A stretch of DNA of 64,000 nucleotides from an uncultured Ignavibacteriaceae bacterium (GTDB lineage: Bacteria > Bacteroidota > Ignavibacteria > UBA10030). Below the pieces are notes generated by a model. The model worked only from the letters and a program-made list of their open reading frames with translations, made no database searches and was not told where the DNA came from. A program made the translations under genes and the position numbers. This document shows positions 1-8,795 of this stretch, in pieces. Within the stretch, counting starts at the first letter, position 1; each line of letters opens with the position of its first letter. The stretch covers positions 798-64,797 of the forward strand of contig CAZYYD010000014.1 in NCBI GenBank assembly GCA_964651225.1, given 5' to 3'.

Positions 1-3
1 TTC

Positions 4-2301
4 TTGAATCAAAGCGTAACAAATTCAACATTGAGCCGAATTGCATTCGTCGGAAATTATTTGCCACGTCAATGCGGCATTGCCACGTTTACCACGGATC
101 TCTGTGAGGCTGTAGCATCGGTATATCCGGAAATAACATGTATCGCGTTACCGATCAACGATATCGAAGGTGGTTACGACTATCCAACCCGGGTCCGCTT
201 TGAACTCACGGAGAAAGACATCCATTCGTACATGCGCGCAGCCGAGTTCCTTAATATCAACAATGTCGGTCTGGTATGCCTGCAATTCGAGTATGGAATA
301 TTCGGTGGAAAATCCGGAAGCCACATCTTGACACTCTTGCGTGACCTGCGAATGCCGATTGTCACAACATTACACACCATTCTTAGCACCCCAAACCCTG
401 AACAGCGATTGGTGTTGGAAGAAGTTGGCGCTCTCTCGGATAGATTGGTCGTTATGAGTGAACGCGGAGCTGAATATCTACAAAAAGTCTATCATATACT
501 GCCGGGAAAAATTGATCTGATTCCGCATGGTATTCCTGATGTGCCGTTTGTTGATCCGAGTTTCCATAAAGATCTCTTTGGCGTTGAGGGCAAAACCGTT
601 TTACTGAGTTTTGGCTTGCTTTCAGCGAACAAAGGAATCGAAACCGTTATTTCTGCCCTGCCCGAGATCGTTGCCCGCTATCCCGACATTGTGTATATCG
701 TTGTCGGTGCGACACATCCTCATGTTCTTCAACATGAAGGCGAAACGTATCGGCTCTCTCTTCAATGGTTAGCTCAGCAGAAGGGGGTAGAAAGTAATGT
801 CATCTTCTACAACCGCTTTGTCAGTCTGGAAGAACTTAACGAGTTCATCGGAGCCGCCGATATCTATATTACACCCTATTTGAACGAGGCACAGATCGTA
901 TCCGGAACACTTGCGTACACACTAGGAGCAGGGAAGGCGATCATTTCAACGCCGTATTGGTATGCGCAAGAAATGCTTGCCGACAAACGTGGGGTTCTTG
1001 TCCCCTTCAATGACCCCGCGGCTCTGGCTGAGCAGGTAATGAACTTACTGGGCAATGAAGCGGAGCGGCACGCAATGCGGAAACGTGCGTATATGTTCGG
1101 ACGGACGATGATTTGGTCCGAAGTGGCAAAACGCTATATGGAAAGTTTTGAGCGTGCTCGAGTAGAACGTCGACATTATATTCCGCCAGGCTTTATAGCG
1201 AAGACACTCGATAAATTTCAGAGCGAATTACCACCGCTAAAATTGGAACACCTGCGGGCCATGACGGATGAAACAGGAATTTTGCAACATGCTCTTTTTA
1301 CCGTGCCAAACTATTCTCATGGGTACACAACCGACGATAATGCACGCGCCCTCTTGGTGAGCATTCTCTTGGATGAACTGGGGAGTAGTGAGGGCGGAGG
1401 ATTGGCGTCCCGCTACCTCGCATTTCTCGGGTTTGCATTTAATGATCAGAATAAACGTTTTCGAAATTTCATGGATTATCAACGCAGGTGGGCAGAAGAT
1501 ACAGGCTCGGACGACAGCCATGGCCGCGCAATTTGGGCATTAGGAACCGTGTTGAGCCATTCTACAAAACCATCCTACCACAGCATGGCAGGGTGGTTAT
1601 TTGAGCAAGCCCTTCCCTCTATCCTTGTAACAACCAGTCCTCGCGCCTGGGCATTTGCACTTATCGGTATTTCCGAGTATTCACAAAAATATTCCGGTGA
1701 TCGGATGGCCAACCAAGTCAGCGAAGAATTAGCTGGTCGTCTGTTGAAATTGTATCAAAGTAATCGGTTAGAAGAGTGGCGCTGGTTCGAACGAAGCCTC
1801 ACGTATTGCAATGCGGCTCTCTCTCATGCACTCCTTGTCTGCGGCAAATCAATTCCGAACAGTGCCATGACCGATGCCGGAATGGAGTCGTTGCAATGGC
1901 TGGCCGGGCTGCAGTGCTCACGCGACGGGCATTTTGTTCCCATAGGCTCGAATGGATTTTACGAATATGGAAATGAACGCGCCCGTTTTGATCAACAGCC
2001 GGTAGAAGCACAAGCGATGGTCTCGGCTTGCCTCGAAGCATTCAGAATAACAGGGGACAAACACTGGAACAGAGAAGCCCGGCGGGCGTTTGAGTGGTTC
2101 CTCGGGCGGAATGATTTGAAACTTCCTTTGTATGATGCAACAACAGGGGGTTGCCGTGACGGATTACATCCCGACCGTCCGAACGAAAATCAGGGAGTGG
2201 AATCCACGCTCGCATTTCTTCAGTCGTTATTGGAATTGCGTTTAGCCGAACAGACACATTTATCAATGGAGGCATTATTAAAACGAACAATCAGCACCTA
2301 G
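4..2301 (+). CDS. GT4 glycosyltransferase fused to a C-terminal (alpha/alpha)-barrel-like domain
   Basis: N-terminal GT4 motifs (YLPRQCGIATFT, FGLLSANKGIE, SGTLAYTLGAGKAIISTPYWYAQE); C-terminal half with GYTTDDNARAL, DSHGRAIWALG, FDQQPVEA, NENQGVESTL. The TTG start is at the window edge, so the true start is uncertain. Confidence 0.85.
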   Translation: MNQSVTNSTLSRIAFVGNYLPRQCGIATFTTDLCEAVASVYPEITCIALPINDIEGGYDYPTRVRFELTEKDIHSYMRAAEFLNINNVGLVCLQFEYGIFGGKSGSHILTLLRDLRMPIVTTLHTILSTPNPEQRLVLEEVGALSDRLVVMSERGAEYLQKVYHILPGKIDLIPHGIPDVPFVDPSFHKDLFGVEGKTVLLSFGLLSANKGIETVISALPEIVARYPDIVYIVVGATHPHVLQHEGETYRLSLQWLAQQKGVESNVIFYNRFVSLEELNEFIGAADIYITPYLNEAQIVSGTLAYTLGAGKAIISTPYWYAQEMLADKRGVLVPFNDPAALAEQVMNLLGNEAERHAMRKRAYMFGRTMIWSEVAKRYMESFERARVERRHYIPPGFIAKTLDKFQSELPPLKLEHLRAMTDETGILQHALFTVPNYSHGYTTDDNARALLVSILLDELGSSEGGGLASRYLAFLGFAFNDQNKRFRNFMDYQRRWAEDTGSDDSHGRAIWALGTVLSHSTKPSYHSMAGWLFEQALPSILVTTSPRAWAFALIGISEYSQKYSGDRMANQVSEELAGRLLKLYQSNRLEEWRWFERSLTYCNAALSHALLVCGKSIPNSAMTDAGMESLQWLAGLQCSRDGHFVPIGSNGFYEYGNERARFDQQPVEAQAMVSACLEAFRITGDKHWNREARRAFEWFLGRNDLKLPLYDATTGGCRDGLHPDRPNENQGVESTLAFLQSLLELRLAEQTHLSMEALLKRTIST

Positions 2302-2333
2302 AACTTTTTCATCGTTATAAACTGAATCCTCTT

Positions 2334-3227
2334 TTGACAGCCGACAATTGGCCTTATCCTGTCAACAGTGTGTTCAATGCGGGTGCAACGATGCTCCCTG
2401 ACGGAACAACATTGCTCTTGTGCCGGGTGGAAGACCGGCGGGGACATTCTCATTTGTGCGCTGCCCGATCCGAAAATGGAATAGATGGATGGAGGATTGA
2501 TCCAAAGCCAACGCTTCTACCAGATCCTGAAAATTTCCCCGGAGAATTATGGGGTATTGAAGATCCGCGCATTACGTTTGTACCGGAATTAAAGAAATAT
2601 GCAGTCATCTACACTGCATTTACGCATGGTGGTCCTGGTGTTGCTTTAGCCCTTACGGAAGACTTTCACACCTTTGAACGTTTTGGTGTGATCATGCCGC
2701 CGGAAGATAAAGATGCAGCACTGTTACCAAGGAGATTGGGCGGAAACTGGGCATTGATTCATCGGCCCGTCAGTGCCCCGAGAGCGCATATGTGGATTTC
2801 GTACTCGCCGGATCTGAAAAATTGGGGCGGCCATAATCTTATGATGGAAGCTCGGAAGGGTGCATGGTGGGATGCAAATAAAATTGGTCTTTCACCCCCG
2901 CCTATTGAAACACCTCAGGGTTGGTTGGTGATTTACCATGGTGTAAAACAGTCATGTGCCGGATGCATCTATCGGTTGGGACTCGCACTGTTTGATTTAA
3001 ACAAGCCTGAGCTTTTATTGAAGCGCACCGATGAATGGGTCTTTGGACCGGAGGAATCGTACGAACAACGCGGCGACGTCGGGAATATCGTATTCCCGTG
3101 CGGATATACGATTGGCCAGGATGGTGATGCCATCAATCTGTATTATGGTGCGGCAGATACGAGTATTGCCCTGGCGACCGGCAGCATACGTACAATGCTT
3201 GAGTGGCTTGAACAGCGCAGCAAATAG
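2334..3227 (+). CDS. GH130-family glycosidase / beta-mannoside phosphorylase-like protein
   Basis: VFNAGA, GIEDPRI, EDKDAAL, LVIYHGV, NIVFPCG and LYYGAAD motifs. The true start may be upstream at about 2283 (see findings). Confidence 0.85.
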   Translation: MTADNWPYPVNSVFNAGATMLPDGTTLLLCRVEDRRGHSHLCAARSENGIDGWRIDPKPTLLPDPENFPGELWGIEDPRITFVPELKKYAVIYTAFTHGGPGVALALTEDFHTFERFGVIMPPEDKDAALLPRRLGGNWALIHRPVSAPRAHMWISYSPDLKNWGGHNLMMEARKGAWWDANKIGLSPPPIETPQGWLVIYHGVKQSCAGCIYRLGLALFDLNKPELLLKRTDEWVFGPEESYEQRGDVGNIVFPCGYTIGQDGDAINLYYGAADTSIALATGSIRTMLEWLEQRSK

Positions 3228-3344
3228 AACAATAATCATGCGTCAGTGTGGTCCATCATGATACTGAACACTGAAACAGAATTTCAAATAGACTGTCCCG
3301 GGGAAAACCTGGGAACATATTATTAACTGAAGAGGGAGAAAATT

Positions 3345-3470
3345 ATGAGTAAAAGTCAAAACAGCAAAAAGAGTTCAAAGAAAGAACCGGCAAAGACCAT
3401 GAAAGAAAAAAAAGCGGCGAAAAGAGAGAAGAAAAATGAAAAACTGAACCAGGGAATCCTCAATCAATAA
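3345..3470 (+). CDS. small Lys-rich protein (41 aa, MSKSQNSKKSSKKEPAKTMKEKKAAKREKK...)
   Basis: Not in the ORF track. GGGAG RBS at 3334-3338, ATG 3345, TAA 3468-3470; strongly basic, low-complexity composition. Confidence 0.65.
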   Translation: MSKSQNSKKSSKKEPAKTMKEKKAAKREKKNEKLNQGILNQ

Positions 3471-3889
3471 TTACTGAGATTGGATTTTGGATAAGATCGG
3501 CTGATAAGATAATTAGGAGCTACCGGAAGGATAAATGCTATTGAGCATTCCTCAAACGTGTTGGAGCGCAATGAATGCCCCTTCCAATACGATAAGGCAA
3601 TGAACTGGATTTTTCATAATCGTCTACCCCTTTCCCTTATCGTCTTCTTTATAAAAGGATTAATCCCTTTTTCATCCTTTTGGGCTATTCCTGGTTTAAA
3701 AAATCATTGGTATTGTTATATCAAGATGAGGAAATGGGTATTTCGTGCTTGGCGGGTGCGTTGGCAGGTCGGAATTCAATCAATACCTCGACTGCAGGGA
3801 CAATGAAAAACATATCGATCTAAATACAACTGAAGAGTAAAAGACATTCAATAAGAAATAGTATCCTGGAGCTTTTAGAAGGATGCACT

Positions 3890-5944
3890 ATGCGAGAACG
3901 TACGGTAAAAGGCGAAACACAGCATCTTAACGACACCAAAACCGATTTTCCGACGCTGAAAGAATACGGAGTTCATGAACTGGATGTGACGCTGATCCGT
4001 CCCACGAACTACACGGACAACGGATACCCGATCAAAACACGTATCGGTGTCATCCGCAGCAACACCTTGACACAGATCGGTACACTCGTTCACGATCTGG
4101 TGAACTATCCTTTCTTCAGAGGAGTCTCGTTTAAAATCCGAAAGATTGACGAAGCGATTGAGTGGATACCGGAGAAGGAGATCCTGCATCGTTCTCAGGT
4201 GTCTGGTGTGAGATCCATCGTCATGCTCGTTGGTGTACAAACGAACCAGTACCCCCGGGCATTGGATATTGCAGCGAAGTTTCTGCCGCGGGGGATCCCG
4301 GTTGTCATCGGTGGTTTCCACGTCAGCGGTATGCTTGCGATGATCGGTGTAACTGACGACCTCAAAGCTGCAATGGTGAAAGGAATCACTCTTGTTGCCG
4401 GAGAAGTTGAAGGGGGGCGATTACCTGCGATCGTCGAGGATGTTCTCAGGAAAAAGGCGCAGCCGCTCTATAATTTCCTCAATGCCGCACCGAACCTGTT
4501 CGACGTTCCCATCCCGCATATCACGAAAGAAGAATTTGAGAATTTTGCATCACGGTTTACGACCATCGACACGGGGCGCGGGTGTGTCTTTAATTGCGAC
4601 TTTTGTACTATTATCAACGTGCAGGGCCGGACGATGCGGTATCGGGATCCAAAACAAGTCGTCGAATTTTTAAGACAAAGTTACTGCGAGGCAGGTGTGT
4701 CGCACTCGTTCTTTACGGACGATAACACAGCACGGAATCCGCGATGGCGAGAGCTATTTACGGAACTCACACGCATGCGTGAAGAAGAAAAAATCCCATT
4801 CACCTTTATGATGCAGAGTGATCTCGCTGCTCGAAAGATGCCTGGCGGAGATTTCTTTAAACTCGCAGCACGTGCAGGCTGTAATCAGGTCTTTTTCGGT
4901 GTGGAAAGTGTGAATCGGGAGAATCTCCGTTCGAAGGACAAGTTTCAGAACCAGGTGTCCGAGTACAAAGACCTCATGGATCATTGCCACTCGTTCGGTA
5001 TAACCTGCCACGCAGGGTATATTCTCGGATTGCCTTTTGATACGACAGAGAGCATCAAACAAGATGTTGCCGAGCTTCAGCGAATGATGTTCGATTCTGC
5101 ATCATTCTACATTCTTGCACCGCTTCCCGGTTCAAAGGATCATCAGCGGTGGTGGAAGGAAGGGCGGTGGATGCATGAAGATTTCAATGCCTACGATTCA
5201 GCTCATGTTGCTGTCAAGCCGGAACGCATGTCGTGTGATGAACTTATGGAAGCGTATCATAATGCATGGGAACAATTCTATTCCACCGAGCATATGGTAA
5301 ATGTTCTGAGGCTCTGGAGAGGTGACCCTCATTATTACAAGGAGAGGTTGTCCTTTTTTATGTGGTACCTGTATGCTTCGAGAATTGAACGTCTGCACCC
5401 GATGAACTGTGGATTCTGGACAGTACGGCACCGCAATGACCGCCGGGCAGGTCTCCCGCAGGAGTCATTTGTTCCATTTTGGTGGAACCGCTTGAAGGTC
5501 ATCACTCTCCGTTGCGGAGGAATGGTAAAACTGTTCTTCCAGTTTGAAGAGGTATGGCTCCGGACCCGGCCGAAGAGCACCATCGAAGAGGCGCTTCATG
5601 ACCTCATATCAAAGACGAAACAAGACATCATCGATTGGCGGGATCTGAGCACGAAAGAACTTGCAGCATTCTATGAGAGACTTTCTCTCGAGATACCGGG
5701 GATGACGGTCCCATCGATCGTACATCTTTGGTTCAAGAAACGAAATCCATTTGCCAGTGCATTTACGAGAGTATACGTTCAGCGAATCTGGCGGCGATGG
5801 TATCTCTATCTATGGAATCCACTAAAGTGGGTGGAAGTGTGGCTGTTCGAAGGGGTTCACGGCTTTCGATTCCTTACCCATCTTCTGGGCGAGGAAACGA
5901 AAAATGCAACAGCTCTTGCTGAAAGGAGGGCACCGTCCGGGTGA
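3890..5944 (+). CDS. B12-binding-domain radical SAM protein
   Basis: CxxxCxxC motif (GRGCVFNCDFC), N-terminal cobalamin-binding-like VVIGGFHVSG...GEVE, FTDDN, FFGVES, GYILGLPFD, PLPGS; Trp-rich C-terminus. Confidence 0.85.
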   Translation: MRERTVKGETQHLNDTKTDFPTLKEYGVHELDVTLIRPTNYTDNGYPIKTRIGVIRSNTLTQIGTLVHDLVNYPFFRGVSFKIRKIDEAIEWIPEKEILHRSQVSGVRSIVMLVGVQTNQYPRALDIAAKFLPRGIPVVIGGFHVSGMLAMIGVTDDLKAAMVKGITLVAGEVEGGRLPAIVEDVLRKKAQPLYNFLNAAPNLFDVPIPHITKEEFENFASRFTTIDTGRGCVFNCDFCTIINVQGRTMRYRDPKQVVEFLRQSYCEAGVSHSFFTDDNTARNPRWRELFTELTRMREEEKIPFTFMMQSDLAARKMPGGDFFKLAARAGCNQVFFGVESVNRENLRSKDKFQNQVSEYKDLMDHCHSFGITCHAGYILGLPFDTTESIKQDVAELQRMMFDSASFYILAPLPGSKDHQRWWKEGRWMHEDFNAYDSAHVAVKPERMSCDELMEAYHNAWEQFYSTEHMVNVLRLWRGDPHYYKERLSFFMWYLYASRIERLHPMNCGFWTVRHRNDRRAGLPQESFVPFWWNRLKVITLRCGGMVKLFFQFEEVWLRTRPKSTIEEALHDLISKTKQDIIDWRDLSTKELAAFYERLSLEIPGMTVPSIVHLWFKKRNPFASAFTRVYVQRIWRRWYLYLWNPLKWVEVWLFEGVHGFRFLTHLLGEETKNATALAERRAPSG

Positions 5945-6098
5945 CGTATAGATTCTTCGGAAGGCCGTGAATACGCAGAACACTGCAATCCTGCCTTGAT
6001 CTCCACAATAACAATAAAGTGATCACTTCAAGGGCGTCTTGAAAACCCTTTATCGTCGGGGGATGTCCATGGAGGGAATCCATCAGGACAAATCGTTT

Positions 6099-6130
6099 AA
6101 AGAGCTCTGAATATGGGGCTCTTTCTTTTT
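6099..6130 (+). terminator. intrinsic terminator downstream of the radical SAM gene
   Basis: AAAGAGCTCT-gaatat-GGGGCTCTTT stem (with G-U pairs) followed by CTTTTT. Confidence 0.7.
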
Positions 6131-6409
6131 ATGGTTCAGGAGAGAAAAAAGTTCAAGCAAGAGTCTTCCCGTCCGAAAAGAGCCAAACGATCGATCGTTA
6201 AGCGGTGGCAGAGCGATCAAATGATACACAGAGCCTGAAATACCATCCTTCAACCTCTTCTTACCAGATGATTCCAGTCAATGGAATCTGAAAATATTCG
6301 AAGCAGAACACTTCTGCACTGCATGAAACCGGTCATGAGAATATAATCGACCAATGATAATCGATTAATATTTTTTAAATAACAGCGGGTGTGTTCTCCA
6401 TATCACTGC

Positions 6410-6438
6410 TTGACCTTGAGACATGATTATCGTACCGT
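6410..6438 (+). promoter_or_regulatory. putative sigma70 promoter of the catabolic operon
   Basis: TTGACC-N17-TACCGT about 50 nt upstream of ATG 6490; weak -10 box. Confidence 0.4.
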
Positions 6439-6489
6439 AAAACACTTGGTAAATCAGACTATTGAGTGTTCATCATTTAAGGAGAAGCT

Positions 6490-7236
6490 ATGGCGATAGA
6501 TTTAGAAAAAATATTAAGACCAATTGACACGCCGCTGCCGGAATTTCCCGCAAAATATATGACCCTGGCAGGCGGCGAGCAGCTTGTCATCCGGCAGGTG
6601 ACACGCGACGAAATACCGGATATTCTTCCGTATGTGGAACCCCTGATGCACGTGGAACGCGATTATTACGATGTCGTCGCGGCACGTGTCTATTCGGAAT
6701 TGTTGGCCTATTACAATTATCGAGTTCAGGATGAATATGTCCTTGCAGCTCAAATTGAAGGAGAACTCGTCGCCGTAGTCAATGGCCGTATCGTCAATAA
6801 AGATATCGGAATGTCGCTTCACACGTTGGGGCTGCGCCGGGGATTGCGTGTGGGGGCGCACACGTTTGCAGCAAAGATGGAGTATCATATCGATATCCTT
6901 GGTCAGAAAGAAGTTCTTATCGTTGCTGAATCACCAATCGGGTTCCGTCGGTGGATGATCGAATATAAACTGGAAAAACGGTTTGAGATCCCCCATGAAC
7001 TCGGTGGCTGTCCGTCGTGGGCGCTGACAAAAGAGTTGTTTGATAAGGCCCGGAAGAGTCTGATTGTAGGGACACGCCCGGTCCCGGAAGCATTGTTGGC
7101 AAAAGCGAAAGCAGCAATCCTTCCTCCGAGCGATCCACCGAAACAAGCTGCTGATCTTCTAGCGGCAACCCGTTCACTCTACGACTCAACGGGCACCATT
7201 CTTCTCTCTCAGAGAACAAAATTGGGAGGGAAATAA
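6490..7236 (+). CDS. GNAT-like hypothetical protein
   Basis: AAGGAG RBS. Pattern LVIRQVT...YVLAAQIEGELVAVV...SLHTLGLRRGLRVGAH resembles GNAT beta strands and the R-x-x-G-x-G/A CoA-binding loop. First gene of the operon. Confidence 0.55.
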   Translation: MAIDLEKILRPIDTPLPEFPAKYMTLAGGEQLVIRQVTRDEIPDILPYVEPLMHVERDYYDVVAARVYSELLAYYNYRVQDEYVLAAQIEGELVAVVNGRIVNKDIGMSLHTLGLRRGLRVGAHTFAAKMEYHIDILGQKEVLIVAESPIGFRRWMIEYKLEKRFEIPHELGGCPSWALTKELFDKARKSLIVGTRPVPEALLAKAKAAILPPSDPPKQAADLLAATRSLYDSTGTILLSQRTKLGGK

Positions 7237-7238
7237 CA

Positions 7239-8414
7239 ATGCGTGAAGTCTATGTGGCAGGAATAGGAATTACCAGTTTTACCCGTCTGGAATATCCCCT
7301 TGTGGAAATTGCAGCGTATCCCGGCTTGATGGCGATGAAAGAGAGCGGGATAAAATCGATTGACCAGCTGTACGTTGCCAACATGGGTGCGTCAAAAGCC
7401 AACCATCAAACCGGATTAGCCAGTGCGGTTGTTGATCATATGAGTTTAACACCGGCAGGTGCTGAAGCGATAGAAAATGGGCCGGCCTCTGGTGCGTCGG
7501 CGATCAAACAGGGATTCCTGGGTGTTGCCTCTGGTATGTATAATACAGTGATGGTCATCGGTGCCGAACGTATGCGGGAAGTTAATAATCTGGAAGCGAC
7601 AGACTTCGTCGCAACCTTAACCCATCCACTGGCAGAATATATCTATGGTGTGACACTTCCTTCGTTAGCGGGCATGTTTGCCCGATTGTATATGGAGAAG
7701 TATGGAGTGACCCCACGCCATTTTGCCATGGTTGCTGTGAAAAATCACAAACATGCGATGGACAATTTCTATGCACATCTTCACGAGGAGATTACCCTTG
7801 AAGGTATTTTGGATTCGAAGGATTCGGCAACAAACAATCCGATGGTCGCTGATCCATTGCGCTATTATGATATGTGTCCCGTTTCTGATGGCGGCGCTTG
7901 CCTGATACTGGCGACAGCTGAAATTGCCAAGAAAACAGGCAAACCGATGGTACGTCTCGCCGGGATTGGCCAGGCAACGGATACACACGCAGTGCACGAT
8001 AGGAAAAATCCGACGGATCTCCTCGCAGTCCGTGAAGCCGCAAAAAAGTCTTTTGCAATGGCCGGTGTGAAACCGAAGGATGTTCATGTGGCGGAGCTGC
8101 ATGATGCATTTACGATTCTGGAAATTGTAGAAAGCGAGGAGGTGGGCTTCTTTGAAAAAGGGCAGGGACATATCGCGCTGCAGGAAGGTTATACAAAATT
8201 AGGCGGCAAGCTCCCCATCAATCCTTCCGGCGGCTTGAAAGCAAAGGGGCATCCCGTAGGTGCTACAGGCGTCGGCCAGGCGCATGAAATAGTTCTCCAG
8301 CTTCGCGGTGATGCAGCCAAACGACAGGTAAAGAATGCAAAAATCGGATTCACCTGTAATTTCGGCGGATTTGGTAATAATGTGGTGTGCCTCACCTTCG
8401 TGAAGGAGAATTGA
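7239..8414 (+). CDS. SCP2/archaeal-type thiolase-fold protein lacking the catalytic cysteine
   Basis: VYVAGIGITSF, IGAE, PVSDGGA, ELHDAF, INPSGGLKAKGHPVGATG. The usual E-x-A-C-A-S-G is ENGPASG. Confidence 0.9.
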   Translation: MREVYVAGIGITSFTRLEYPLVEIAAYPGLMAMKESGIKSIDQLYVANMGASKANHQTGLASAVVDHMSLTPAGAEAIENGPASGASAIKQGFLGVASGMYNTVMVIGAERMREVNNLEATDFVATLTHPLAEYIYGVTLPSLAGMFARLYMEKYGVTPRHFAMVAVKNHKHAMDNFYAHLHEEITLEGILDSKDSATNNPMVADPLRYYDMCPVSDGGACLILATAEIAKKTGKPMVRLAGIGQATDTHAVHDRKNPTDLLAVREAAKKSFAMAGVKPKDVHVAELHDAFTILEIVESEEVGFFEKGQGHIALQEGYTKLGGKLPINPSGGLKAKGHPVGATGVGQAHEIVLQLRGDAAKRQVKNAKIGFTCNFGGFGNNVVCLTFVKEN

Positions 8415-8416
8415 TT

Positions 8417-8764
8417 ATGGAAAAGAATATTTATGCATACAAATGCAGACGCTGCGGCCATGTGCAGTATCCGTATCGAACAATCTGCCGCAATTGCCAT
8501 GAGAACGACCATAATGAATTTGACATTGTTCCTCTTTCCAAAAAGGGAAAACTTATTACTTTCACGCATCTCTTTAATCCTCCGTCAGATTTCGAAACGG
8601 TTTTTCTCACGCTCGGGATCGTGGAACTGGATGACGGCAATCGCGTGACGTGTCAGCTGAATATCCCAAAACCCAAAATGGGTATGAAGGTGACCGGTAA
8701 AGTGGAGGTTGTCCGCAAAGATGAATATAATAAGTACCATGGATTCGTGTTTTACGAAGACTGA
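8417..8764 (+). CDS. DUF35 Zn-ribbon/OB-fold protein (thiolase partner)
   Basis: CRRCG...YP...CRNC, GKLITFT, LGIVELDDG, GMKV. AAGGAG RBS; ATG 8417 is 3 nt after the thiolase stop. Confidence 0.9.
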   Translation: MEKNIYAYKCRRCGHVQYPYRTICRNCHENDHNEFDIVPLSKKGKLITFTHLFNPPSDFETVFLTLGIVELDDGNRVTCQLNIPKPKMGMKVTGKVEVVRKDEYNKYHGFVFYED

Positions 8765-8795
8765 CCAGGGATTGGTTGTTTCCCGGCAATTGCAC

